36,078 nucleotides of DNA from a virus (IMGVR_UViG_3300008085_000069:1-36078), one strand, 5' to 3'; positions 1 through 9,022 are shown, numbered from the stretch's first letter. Numbers and translations are program-made. Notes: generated by a model not told the origin, from the sequence alone.

Positions 1-123
1 AGGGACAGGCCTTCGAAGCGCCCGCCGAATATGGTATGCTCTCCGAAGGAGCCGTCAATGAAGAGCAAGCCGAATTTGATTTCGATGCGCTACCACCAGA
101 AGAGCAAAACGCTTCTGGACGGG
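1..123. repeat. Terminal direct repeat (copy 1), circular-assembly overlap
   Basis: 1-123 is identical to 35956-36078 (AGGGACAGGCC...CTGGACGGG), and a reading frame continues across the join. Confidence 0.97.
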
Positions 124-3100
124 ACGACGCCGCCGGAGACGGGGACGTTCAGCCCACAGGCCGCGTATCGGTCTATCGACCCAAAGGCTCCTCCCTCCCC
201 CGAAAAATCCGCGCCGAACTCGCCGCCCGCGTCGATCAGATCCAGACCGGAACCTTCCGAGTCGGTTTAGACCGGATCGAGTCGGCCGCCGACGCCGCCC
301 ACGTCCTGGCTTCCCTGCGCAAAAAGGCCAAGGAGAATTTTGCCGTCCTGGTCACCGGGGAAGAGAGCCAGCCCCTGGCCATCCTCGATGTCTCCACCGG
401 CAGCGCAAGCTCCTCCATCGTCGACCCCAAGGTCTTCGCCGGGGCCATCCTGGACGTTCCTGGCGCGAAGCACGTCTGGTTCGGCCACAACCACCCCACC
501 GGCATCACCACCCCCTCCAGCGAGGACAAGGGGATCACCTCCCGCCTGGCCGACCTGCTTCAGGATTCCGGCGTGGAGTTCTCCGGCCATGTGATCATCG
601 GCCGCGACGGCGACTATACCGCCCTCGGCACGACCGGCGCCGTGGACCGTTCCGGCCGGGCGACCGCCGCCGCCAGGCGGGGCGAGGTGCCGGTGATGGA
701 TTCGCGCCTCATGGCCCGCAGCAGCGAGGCGGCCATCTCCAGCGCCGACGCCGCCGCCGATTACCTGCGCGGAAAAGGGGACGGGATCCTGCTGGTCAAC
801 AACAAGCACGCCCCCGTCGCCTGGGTGGCCATGACTCCCGAGGAGATGGGCAAGCTTCGCCAGGGGGATGTCTCCCGGGGATCGGCCCTGCTTTTGCGGG
901 CGGCCAGCCAGTCCAACGCCGCGGCGATGATCGTCCAGGTAGAGAAGAGCGAGGACAGCGCCGCCGCCGAGAACGTGGCCCGCTTCGGCAACGCCTCGAA
1001 TATCCGGCCCCTGGATCTTCTGGCCGGTGGCAAGTCGGCTGCCGAAATGGGTGTCATGCCCACCAGCGCCACCTTCTACCAGGACACCGAAACCCTTCTG
1101 GCCGTCGTCGAGAGGCTCAAGGAGCACCTCGCCTACCTTCGGGAGAAGTACGGGGAGCGGCCCGACGAGCAGCAGCAGGAGGAGATCGACCAGGCGGAGC
1201 GGGAGCTCTTCCAGACCCTCTCTTCCGAGAAGCTCGGCTCCATCACCTTTAGCCCAGGCCTGCGCGAGATCTCCTTTTTCGAGAAGGCGGACCTCTCGAC
1301 CTTCCTGCACGAATCGGGACACGCCTGGCTGGAGGAGTTGCGCCAGGACGCCTTCCGCGACAATGCCCCCGATCAAGTGAAAGAAGACTGGCAGAGCATC
1401 GCCGCCTGGCTGGGGATCGATCCCGACAAGGAGATCCCCGTCGCCGCCCACGAGACCTTCGCCCGGGGGGTCGAGGCCTACATTCTGGAGGGGAACGCCC
1501 CTTCCGCCGAGCTGGCACCGGTCTTCCAGCGCTTCAAGGCCTGGCTGCTGCGGATCTACAAGAGCCTGAAGAACCTCAATGTCACCCTGAACCCGGACGT
1601 GCGCCAGGTCATGGACCGGCTGCTGGCCACCGACGAGCAGATCCGCCAGGCCGAGCAGATGCAGAGCTTCGCCCCCCTGTTCGCCGACGCCGCCGAGGCG
1701 GGAATGAGCGAGACCGGGTTCGCCGCCTACCGCAAGATCGCCGAAGTTGCCCACGAGGAGGCCGCCCGCGACCTGCAGCAGAAGCTGATGGCCGAGCTGA
1801 CCCGCGAGCAGAAGGCGTGGTGGAAGGAGGAGCGGGTCAAGGTCCGCGCCGAGGTCGAAGCCGAAGCGAAAAAGAATCCCGTCTATCAGGCTTTCCAGCT
1901 CCTGACCCGGGGGGAGGACTTCGAGGGGAACGCCACCGAGGGGTTCAAGATCGCCAAGGCGGCCCTGGTGAAGATGTACGGGGAGGCTTTCGTCAAGAGG
2001 CTCCCCAGAGCCTTCCAGCGGGTCTATACGAAAAAAGGGGGGATGCACCCCGACGAGGCAGCCGAGGTCTTCGGCTTTACTTCCGGCGACGAGATGGTGC
2101 AGGCCATGGTCAACACGCCGCCGATGAAGCAGGCCATCGAGGCGGAGACCGACGTGCGCATGCGCGAGCTCTACGGCGACATGATGCTGGACGGCTCCAT
2201 CGCCGACGAGGCGATGAATTCCGTGCACTCCGACCAGCGGGGGAAGGTCCTGCAAGCCGAGCTTCGGGCGCTGAGAAAGAAACAGCGCGAAGTCTCCCCC
2301 TTCGTCCAGGCCGCCCGAAAAGAACAGAAAGAAGCCGAGCGCGAGGGGCGCAAGGAGATCGAGGCCATCCCCCCCCTGCAGGCCTTTCGCCTCTTCGCTG
2401 CCCAGCTGATCGGGGCCAAGGCGGTCCAGGACATTCGCCCGGATCTCTACCTGAAGGCCGAGCAGAAGGCGGGACGGCTCGCCTTCGAGGCCGCGGCGAA
2501 GAAGGACTATGCGACCGCCGCCGAGGAGAAGCGCAAGCAGCTCTTGAATCACTTCCTCTTCATCGAGGCGCGAAAGGCCCGCGAAGAAGCGGAGAAGATC
2601 TACGATTACGCCCGGCGCCTGGAGAAGCCCGCTTCCCAGTCGCGGATCGGCAAGGCCGGCGGGGATTATCTCGACCAGATCAACGCCATCCTGGAGAAGT
2701 ACGAATTCAAGGCCGTCTCCCGGAGCACTCTGGAGAAGCGCCAGTCGTTACTGGAGTGGGCCAGGCAGCAGGAGGAGCTGGGACTGGAGGCGGCCATCCC
2801 CCAGGAGGTGCTAGACCAGATCGGCCGACGCAACTACAAGACCCTCTCCATCGACGCGCTACGGGCCGTCCGGGACGCCCTGAAGAACATCGAACACCTC
2901 TCCCGCGAGGCCAACCGCATCCGCATCGAGGGGGAGGAGATCGAGCTGAACGAGGCCGTCCGCGAGCTCTCGGCATCGGCCAATGAGCATTTCGATCCGA
3001 AGAAGCTCCCCATCGACAAGGAGACGCGCAGCTGGATTGAGAAGAAGAAGGAGACCCTCTCGCGCCTGGACGCCTCGCTGATCAAGGCCGAGCAGCTCAT

Positions 3101-4967
3101 CGAATGGCTCGACGGCGGGGCGGTGAACGGTCCCTGGAACCGGATGATCTTCGAGCCCCTGGCCAAGGCGCAGGCCAAAGAATTCGACCTGACGAAGACC
3201 TACACCCAGAAGATCGCCGAACTCTTCCAGGCCTACGGCAAGGAGAAGGGGAGCCTGCTGGTGGAGAAGGTCTATATCCCCGCCCTGGGCGAATCGCTCA
3301 CCCGCCAGGCTATCCTGGCGGTGGCCCTGAACACCGGCAACGCCTCCAACTATGCCAAGCTCTTGGAGGGCTACCAGTGGACGCCGGAGCAGGCGGAGCA
3401 GATTCTCTCCCACCTCGACGGCTCCGACTGGGCTTTCGTGCAGAGCGTCTGGGACACCATCGAGACGCTGTGGCCGGAGATCGCCGCCATGGAGAAGCGG
3501 TTCACCGGCCTGGAGCCGCCCAAGGTGCAGGCGCGGGAGTTTAACAATCGGCACGGCTCCTTCAAGGGGGGCTACTATCCGGTGGTCTACGATCCGCTGC
3601 ATTCCCAGGCGGGCGAGAAGCAGACCGACGCCCGCGGGGAGAAGCTCTTCGATACGACCTACGTACGAGCCACCACCGAGAAGGGGCACACCAAGGCCAG
3701 GATCGAGCAGGCCGCCTATCCGATCCTGCTCTCGCTGGAGATCATCCCCCAGCACCTGGCCCAGGTGATCCACGACATCACCCACCGCGAAGCCGTGGTC
3801 AACGCCAACCGCCTGCTGACCAAACTCAAGGACACCTTGAACGCCACGGCCGGACCGGCCTACCACAGGATGCTCAAGCAGTGGCTGGCCACCGTCGCCA
3901 ACGATCGCAACATCGACCAGACCGGCACCGAGTTCTGGAGCCGCTTTCTGACCTCCCTGCGGATCAACGCCACCATCGTCGGCATGGGCCTGCGGGTGAC
4001 CACCATGTTCACCCAGATCGCCGGCCTCTCCCAATCCCTCGATATCGTCAAGGGGCGCTACCTGGCGAAGGGGCTGCGGACATTCGTCCAGCATCCTTTC
4101 CAGGCGCGGGCCTGGGTCAACGAGAAGTCGGGAGAGATGCGCCACCGCTCCAACGCCCTGGACCGCGACATCCGCGACGGGGTGCGCAAGCTGATGGGGA
4201 AAAAGGGGGCCCGGGCCTGGATTCAGTCCAAGAGCTTCTCCGGCATCGCACTCTTCGACGCCATCGTCTCCACCCCCACCTGGCTGGGAGCCTACGAGCA
4301 GGCCAAGGCGGAAGGGCTCGCCGAAGCCGAGGCGGTCAAGTCGGGGGACCGGGCGGTCAGACTCTCGCAAGGGGCGGGCGGGGCGAAGGATCTGTCGGCC
4401 GTGCAGCGTGCCAACGACCTGATGAAGCTCTTCACCATGTTCTATTCCTACTTCTCCGTCCTCTACAACCGCCTGCGCAACATGGGACGGCTGAAGGGCA
4501 TCGGCGAGATCGGCTTCATGGACGTGGCCTGGAAGAGCTTCGTCATGGTCATGGCCCCAGCGGTCATTGCCGAGCTGCTGGCCAACCGGGGACCGGACGA
4601 CGACGAAGAGCCGGCCGAGTGGGCGCTGCGCAAGATCGCCCTTTATCCCTTCATGACCGTCCCCATCGTGCGCGACATGGCCAACGTCTGGGATTCCGGC
4701 TACAGCTACACCCTGACCCCCCTGTCCAGAGCCCTGGAGATGTCGGCCCGGCTCCCCGGCCAGATCGCCGACACCATCGAGGGCGAGAAGGACGTGGACG
4801 ATCTGGTCTTCCAGGCCTTCGACCTGCCCGGCTACATTTTCGGTCTGCCCACCGGCCAGGTGCGAAACACCACCCGCTACATCTGGGACGTATGGAGCGG
4901 CGACATTCAGCCCGAGGACGGCGGCGATATCGCCAAGGGCCTCTTATTCGGTGAAAGGAGAAAGTAA
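1..4967 (+). CDS. C-terminal part of giant (~2,401 aa) polyvalent internal virion/ejection protein with JAB (RadC-like) and zincin-like HExxH domains; starts at 33717
   Basis: In frame with GTG 33717 across the junction; JAB motif E...HNHPTG...PSSED; ADLSTFLHESGH and HETFARGVEAY motifs; lies between a gp15-like gene and the tail fibre. Confidence 0.88.
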   Translation, partial: GQAFEAPAEYGMLSEGAVNEEQAEFDFDALPPEEQNASGRDDAAGDGDVQPTGRVSVYRPKGSSLPRKIRAELAARVDQIQTGTFRVGLDRIESAADAAHVLASLRKKAKENFAVLVTGEESQPLAILDVSTGSASSSIVDPKVFAGAILDVPGAKHVWFGHNHPTGITTPSSEDKGITSRLADLLQDSGVEFSGHVIIGRDGDYTALGTTGAVDRSGRATAAARRGEVPVMDSRLMARSSEAAISSADAAADYLRGKGDGILLVNNKHAPVAWVAMTPEEMGKLRQGDVSRGSALLLRAASQSNAAAMIVQVEKSEDSAAAENVARFGNASNIRPLDLLAGGKSAAEMGVMPTSATFYQDTETLLAVVERLKEHLAYLREKYGERPDEQQQEEIDQAERELFQTLSSEKLGSITFSPGLREISFFEKADLSTFLHESGHAWLEELRQDAFRDNAPDQVKEDWQSIAAWLGIDPDKEIPVAAHETFARGVEAYILEGNAPSAELAPVFQRFKAWLLRIYKSLKNLNVTLNPDVRQVMDRLLATDEQIRQAEQMQSFAPLFADAAEAGMSETGFAAYRKIAEVAHEEAARDLQQKLMAELTREQKAWWKEERVKVRAEVEAEAKKNPVYQAFQLLTRGEDFEGNATEGFKIAKAALVKMYGEAFVKRLPRAFQRVYTKKGGMHPDEAAEVFGFTSGDEMVQAMVNTPPMKQAIEAETDVRMRELYGDMMLDGSIADEAMNSVHSDQRGKVLQAELRALRKKQREVSPFVQAARKEQKEAEREGRKEIEAIPPLQAFRLFAAQLIGAKAVQDIRPDLYLKAEQKAGRLAFEAAAKKDYATAAEEKRKQLLNHFLFIEARKAREEAEKIYDYARRLEKPASQSRIGKAGGDYLDQINAILEKYEFKAVSRSTLEKRQSLLEWARQQEELGLEAAIPQEVLDQIGRRNYKTLSIDALRAVRDALKNIEHLSREANRIRIEGEEIELNEAVRELSASANEHFDPKKLPIDKETRSWIEKKKETLSRLDASLIKAEQLIEWLDGGAVNGPWNRMIFEPLAKAQAKEFDLTKTYTQKIAELFQAYGKEKGSLLVEKVYIPALGESLTRQAILAVALNTGNASNYAKLLEGYQWTPEQAEQILSHLDGSDWAFVQSVWDTIETLWPEIAAMEKRFTGLEPPKVQAREFNNRHGSFKGGYYPVVYDPLHSQAGEKQTDARGEKLFDTTYVRATTEKGHTKARIEQAAYPILLSLEIIPQHLAQVIHDITHREAVVNANRLLTKLKDTLNATAGPAYHRMLKQWLATVANDRNIDQTGTEFWSRFLTSLRINATIVGMGLRVTTMFTQIAGLSQSLDIVKGRYLAKGLRTFVQHPFQARAWVNEKSGEMRHRSNALDRDIRDGVRKLMGKKGARAWIQSKSFSGIALFDAIVSTPTWLGAYEQAKAEGLAEAEAVKSGDRAVRLSQGAGGAKDLSAVQRANDLMKLFTMFYSYFSVLYNRLRNMGRLKGIGEIGFMDVAWKSFVMVMAPAVIAELLANRGPDDDEEPAEWALRKIALYPFMTVPIVRDMANVWDSGYSYTLTPLSRALEMSARLPGQIADTIEGEKDVDDLVFQAFDLPGYIFGLPTGQVRNTTRYIWDVWSGDIQPEDGGDIAKGLLFGERRK

Positions 4968-7553
4968 ATGACGGTTCTATCGACCACCAGCTCGCAGAGG
5001 TTCCACGGCTCCGGCAGCGCGGGGCCGTTCACCTTCTCCTGGTGCTTTTTGGCCAACAATGACATCAAGGTCTATCGGATCGCCGCGCCCAACGAGGCGG
5101 ACGTGTCCCTGGAAGATCCGGTCCTGCTGACCGAAGGGGACGACTACACCCTGACCGGCGCGGGAAGCTACACCGGGGGGAGCCTGACCCTCGCCACAGC
5201 ACTGGCCAACGGGGTGGACTTGGTGGTCAAGCGCCGCACGGCCACCTTGCAGACGACCGACATCCGCAATCAGGGGAACAACTTCTACCCCGAGGTCCAC
5301 GAGGACGCTTTCGACGCCCAGGTGATGATGATACAGGATCGCGACCGGGAGTTGACCGACCATACTGCCGAAATTGGCGGGCTGAAGACGCGAATGGCCA
5401 CCGCCGAAACCGACATTGCCACCAATGTGGCGGCAATCGCGCAGGAGCAGGAACAGATCGACACCCACACCGGCCAGATCAGCAGGGCGCTGAAGTTCCC
5501 ACTAGGAGATTTGGCAAATGCGGTTCTACCTGCCGCCTCCGCTCGTGCCAACAAGCTGCAGGGATACGACGCAGCCGGGGGGTTGGCTCTGTTTTCCCCG
5601 GGTCTCGCGGCGGGGGAATACGTCGTCACCACGGATCCGGTGGCCGGTGCCGTTGCACAATATGACGCCGAGGGGAGAGTGGGGGGGAATGCCTATTTAA
5701 AGACTCCGGTCGCCGCTGCGACGACCCTGCCGATTACCCTGTCCGGCGAGCAAACAATCGATGGCGTGGCCATCTTCGATGGCATGCGGGTGCTGGTTAA
5801 GGATCAATATGCAGGCGCTGCCAACGGTATCTATGTTGCCTCGACTGGGGGGTGGGTGCGCTCATCTGATTGCGATGCGGCAGCGGAGTTGGCCGGCGCC
5901 GTCGTCATGGTGCTGTCGGGCGATAAAAACAAAGGGGCGATGTTTCGCTGCATCACGCAAGGGGTCACGCTCGGCACTACATCCCTTGATTTTCGCCGGG
6001 ACGGTGCGGGGCGGAGTTTGGCGGATGCCGTCGCCACCGGCCGCATCATTTCACAGGTAGGCGACAGCAATACCGATAACGTCGCTGGGCGTACCGCCTG
6101 GCAGGTGGTTGCAGACCTCGAATGGTTTGGGGTCGGCGCACCCCTGGAAGGGTGGACCAATTACAACATCGGCCTAAACGGGTCGCAAATCGTCTCTTGG
6201 CTGGCTGGGATCCCTAGCGGCTCGACCGCCACGGCGGTGACGACACGGGGCAACCCCTGGGCGGCGGTCAACGCCGACCCGGATATCATCGTTGTGCGAC
6301 TGGGGACGAACGACTTCAGCCAGGATTCCACCCAGGGAACTTCCGGGGTTTTGGTTACCGCCCGGGCCGGTTTTGCCAAACTCCTGACCTTTTTATTGTC
6401 AGGCTCCCGCGCTCACCTCTTGCTGGTGATGCCGCAACCTTTCGCCTACGAATCGTTTCCCGGCGTGACCTGGGCAAGTGCTGATGAGGCTGCAGAATAC
6501 TCGGCGCGGATGCGGACGCTGTATCGGGAGTGGATCGGCGTCAATGACCGGGTGACCGTCTATGACAGCCATATGGACCTGTTCGGGCTGCGTATCGACA
6601 ATAAAGCGGTCAATGCTTTAGACCCCATCACCGCAGCCCCGATGATGGCGGACAGCCTGCATCTCAGCGATATCGGCTTTCGCCGCTTTGCGGAGCGGAC
6701 GGCCAGGTTGTTCGCGCCAGGGATGCGCCGAAGCTCCAAGTTTGCCAAAGTCGGCAACGACGTACACATGGCGATGCGCTTTGGTGTGCCTGTTTACATC
6801 GCCGCTACGGAGGTGAGCGGCACCCTGCTGACCGTCCGCTCGGAGCCGCAGAAGGTGCTGCGTGGTAACAGAGGGGATCTCTATACTTCGGACCGCTCCT
6901 CCCTGGCAGGGGACACCCCGCTGTTGGATGCGGCGTTTGTCTCCGGTCGCCATGGGGCAAGGGCTGAACTTCTGGCCCTTCACAACGCCACGGTAAAAAT
7001 CAAATTCATGAACACCGGGACTATTGTTTCCCCGACGACCTTTAAATTCAGTTCGACGGCCGTCGTTGTCTCGGGTGAGTCCGCCGACAAGTTTCTGATC
7101 ACCGGCGCGGCTACCACCGAAACCGGCCCAGCGCTGATCTATGTGGAGAAGTGGTATGACAACCCGTATGCCACCCGGGAAATAATCCCGGTTTCCGTCG
7201 AGAGAACAACGGACATTATCGTGCCGTTTCTGGGCCAACGGGGGATGCAGGCAGAGCTTTTTTCTGTACACGCCGGGCGGATCGGGTTTGTTGGGATAGG
7301 TGGCAGCTTCGATGTTTATTATTTTTCAGGCAACAGCGGGTTGGTGACGGGAACTTTGGCTTTTACCGTCACCTTCGTGGCAGGAACCGCCCTGGCCACA
7401 GGCGTTCTGAATGAAACCAATTTCCCCAGCGGAGTCAAGTTTGATGCGCGCAGCCCAACCCGCTATCACGGCTTTCGCCTCACCAATTTCGTAAACTTCG
7501 GGGGGGCCGGAACCCCGGGGACGGTGAACCTTGGGGTCCGTTATTATGATTAG
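4968..7553 (+). CDS. Tail fibre/tailspike with N-terminal podoviral anchor domain and SGNH/GDSL esterase domain
   Basis: N-terminus GSGSAGPFTF...FYPEVHEDAFD typical of podoviral fibre anchors; SGNH blocks GDSNT, GLNG, GTND, DSLH; SD AGGAG. Confidence 0.85.
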   Translation: MTVLSTTSSQRFHGSGSAGPFTFSWCFLANNDIKVYRIAAPNEADVSLEDPVLLTEGDDYTLTGAGSYTGGSLTLATALANGVDLVVKRRTATLQTTDIRNQGNNFYPEVHEDAFDAQVMMIQDRDRELTDHTAEIGGLKTRMATAETDIATNVAAIAQEQEQIDTHTGQISRALKFPLGDLANAVLPAASARANKLQGYDAAGGLALFSPGLAAGEYVVTTDPVAGAVAQYDAEGRVGGNAYLKTPVAAATTLPITLSGEQTIDGVAIFDGMRVLVKDQYAGAANGIYVASTGGWVRSSDCDAAAELAGAVVMVLSGDKNKGAMFRCITQGVTLGTTSLDFRRDGAGRSLADAVATGRIISQVGDSNTDNVAGRTAWQVVADLEWFGVGAPLEGWTNYNIGLNGSQIVSWLAGIPSGSTATAVTTRGNPWAAVNADPDIIVVRLGTNDFSQDSTQGTSGVLVTARAGFAKLLTFLLSGSRAHLLLVMPQPFAYESFPGVTWASADEAAEYSARMRTLYREWIGVNDRVTVYDSHMDLFGLRIDNKAVNALDPITAAPMMADSLHLSDIGFRRFAERTARLFAPGMRRSSKFAKVGNDVHMAMRFGVPVYIAATEVSGTLLTVRSEPQKVLRGNRGDLYTSDRSSLAGDTPLLDAAFVSGRHGARAELLALHNATVKIKFMNTGTIVSPTTFKFSSTAVVVSGESADKFLITGAATTETGPALIYVEKWYDNPYATREIIPVSVERTTDIIVPFLGQRGMQAELFSVHAGRIGFVGIGGSFDVYYFSGNSGLVTGTLAFTVTFVAGTALATGVLNETNFPSGVKFDARSPTRYHGFRLTNFVNFGGAGTPGTVNLGVRYYD

Positions 7554-7635
7554 CCTTTGCGTCGACCTCTGCATGGAGAGCTACCGGCAGCTGATTGCCT
7601 ACAGATAAGGCCTCCCGGATAGTCCGGCATCGGCC

Positions 7636-7663
7636 AACCCCTCAGCCTCCGAGGGGTTTTTTT
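7636..7663 (+). terminator. Rho-independent terminator ending the late operon
   Basis: AACCCCTC-agcctcc-GAGGGGTT followed by a T run. Confidence 0.85.
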
Positions 7664-7906
7664 ACTGTTCCCAAAACTGTTCCCACTTCCGGTGAACATT
7701 GCCCGGATTCGAGGAGGCAACTGGAGGACTCAGCCGCACATAAACCCAGTAATATAGGCCTTTTTGCCGCACCCTGCGGAGCTGTCCCGGTAGTCGATGG
7801 AGAATGCTTCGCGCTTCTTCAGGGCCGCGGCGCACTTGGGGCACGGGCCCGCCTTTCTCCTCCAGACGGCGCAGGAGATGCACTGATGTTTATTGAAGAT
7901 GCCCAT
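7662..7906 (-). pseudogene. Probable tyrosine integrase remnant (N-terminal Zn-finger/arm domain, frameshifted, catalytic domain missing)
   Basis: ORF 7906-7730 reads MGIFNKHQCISC...PCPKC...FSIDYRDSS; another frame continues RVRQKG...KWEQFWEQ to 7662; it occupies the usual int position downstream of the repressor. Confidence 0.45.
7664..7685. repeat. Tandem 10-bp direct repeat ACTGTTCCCA, resembling arm-type integrase binding sites
   Basis: Copies at 7664-7673 and 7676-7685, at the 3' end of the integrase-like remnant. Confidence 0.5.
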
Positions 7907-8044
7907 CTATTCGAGATGTTTTTCGAGGGAGGAGAGAAAGAGGAGCCCGCGGCTTTTGTTTTTTACATACGCCGCCGCCGATTGAGCGACTAGGGCGGCG
8001 CACCCGGCCAGGACCAGGGCGACCAACACTATTCCCTTCCGCAT
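7907..8044 (-). CDS. Small predicted lipoprotein (45 aa), possible superinfection-exclusion protein or a remnant of one
   Basis: MRKGIVLVALVLAGC lipobox; purine-rich SD upstream; in the repressor operon. Confidence 0.5.
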   Translation of the reverse strand: MRKGIVLVALVLAGCAALVAQSAAAYVKNKSRGLLFLSSLEKHLE

Positions 8045-8157
8045 CCTTCCCTCCCTTGATCTTCCAACCACTGCACTTCGCGCCGTGCCATCCGAATCAG
8101 GTAATCCACCGACTCCCGATCCAACTTCCTTACCAGTTTCAATAACTCTTCTTCCAA
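8029..8157 (-). CDS. Small hypothetical protein (42 aa, TTG start)
   Basis: SD GGAGGT before TTG GAA GAA GAG; helical sequence MEEELLKLVRKLDRESVDYLIRMARREV. Confidence 0.5.
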   Translation of the reverse strand: MEEELLKLVRKLDRESVDYLIRMARREVQWLEDQGREGCGRE

Positions 8158-8225
8158 AACCCCACCTCCCGAAAAGCAAAACCAACGACGCCTCGGATGG
8201 TAAGGGAAGGGTGTGACAGAATATG

Positions 8226-8561
8226 TCACGAGTGGCGGGCTTCGTTCTGCGCCCGCAGGGCGGCCCGCAGGATATCGCGTTGACCGATGGGGGTCGATTC
8301 CCGGTAAGCCTGGAGAAGGTCCTGCTCGTCGGCGCTGACGCCCGTCCCCTCCTGGCCCGTCTCGATCCCCCGGTAGATGAAGTCCATGCTCACGTTGAAG
8401 CGCTCGGCCAGGGTCTCCACGAACTCCGGCGGAGGGACGATCTGCCCGGTCACCAACTTCTGGTAGCGGTCGAGCTTCCCCCCCAGCAGGTCGGCCATCT
8501 CCTGGTTTTTCATCCCGCCCTGTAAAAATTTTATCTGCATGCCGATTTTTTTCTTATCCAT
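8226..8561 (-). CDS. XRE-family HTH repressor (CI-like, 111 aa, no S24 peptidase domain)
   Basis: IGMQIKFL...NQEMADLLG...LAERFNVSMDFIYRG HTH_3 pattern; C-terminal DEQDLLQAYR; divergent from the early operon. Confidence 0.85.
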   Translation of the reverse strand: MDKKKIGMQIKFLQGGMKNQEMADLLGGKLDRYQKLVTGQIVPPPEFVETLAERFNVSMDFIYRGIETGQEGTGVSADEQDLLQAYRESTPIGQRDILRAALRAQNEARHS

Positions 8562-8596
8562 CCCCGAAGTATAGGGCGGCCCGCGTTTTCTTTCAA
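8562..8596 (-). promoter_or_regulatory. Sigma70 promoter for the repressor (PRM-like), giving a leaderless mRNA
   Basis: -35 TTGAAA (8596-8591), 17-bp spacer, -10 TATACT (8573-8568), 6 nt to ATG 8561, no SD. Confidence 0.75.
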
Positions 8597-8620
8597 TAGC
8601 TAAGTTATTGATTTCACTCC

Positions 8621-8740
8621 TGTAATTCATTTCTGCCAGCCTGTAAATTAATTCTCGGTTCATGTAAAATATTTTCCTTTTTTCTGTTGACATAGGAAAA
8701 AAATTACAGTACAAAGGAGGCGAGCTGTAACAATTTTACA
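8621..8740. promoter_or_regulatory. Operator array TGTAA-N5-TT(A/C/T)
   Basis: TGTAA at 8621, 8642, 8663 and 8726 (palindromic TGTAA-CAATT-TTACA), plus an inverted copy at 8694-8708. Confidence 0.7.
8687..8715 (+). promoter_or_regulatory. Early rightward promoter (PR-like)
   Basis: TTGACA 8687-8692, 17-bp spacer, TACAAA 8710-8715; an operator lies inside the spacer. Confidence 0.7.
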
Positions 8741-8759
8741 AGGAGAAAGGGATAAAGCT

Positions 8760-8912
8760 ATGGAGACGGCATCGAAGCCGATTCGAATTTCCCCCGAATC
8801 GCACAAGGACCTGAAGGCCCTGGCGGCTCGCAAGGGGACCAAGCTGGCGCAGGAGGCGGAGAAGGCCATTCAAACCCACCTGCGCCGGGAACAGAAGAAG
8901 CTGGCCAGCTAA
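8760..8912 (+). CDS. Ribbon-helix-helix DNA-binding protein in the Cro position (50 aa)
   Basis: METASKPIRISPESHKDLKALAARKGTKLAQEAEKAI shows the RHH strand-helix-helix pattern; not in the ORF track. Confidence 0.75.
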   Translation: METASKPIRISPESHKDLKALAARKGTKLAQEAEKAIQTHLRREQKKLAS

Positions 8913-9022
8913 TGCGGGTGCGCGGTATCGGCAAGGAGCGGCTCTTTTCCCGTGATGAGGTGATGGGACTGTTGGCCGAGAACTGTTGCTCGATCATCGA
9001 CGAACGAAGGAGCCGGGCATGA
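8912..9022 (+). CDS. 36-aa ORF, possible excisionase-like fragment
   Basis: TAATG overlap with the RHH gene; GIGKERLFSRDEV resembles the wing of Xis-like HTH proteins. Confidence 0.35.
   Translation: MRVRGIGKERLFSRDEVMGLLAENCCSIIDERRSRA

Noticed and set aside
267-4370. Long antisense ORFs (267-2552, 2859-4370; likewise 21477-23309, 27893-29272, 33297-34625)
   Set aside because: Shadow frames of high-GC3 sense genes, with no motifs or SDs
4968-7700. Diversity-generating retroelement as in BPP-1
   Set aside because: No reverse transcriptase, Avd or TR/VR repeat pair seen
7690-7720. tRNA-like attP core (TCGAATCC on the minus strand)
   Set aside because: No T-arm stem or acceptor/CCA context; too short to support
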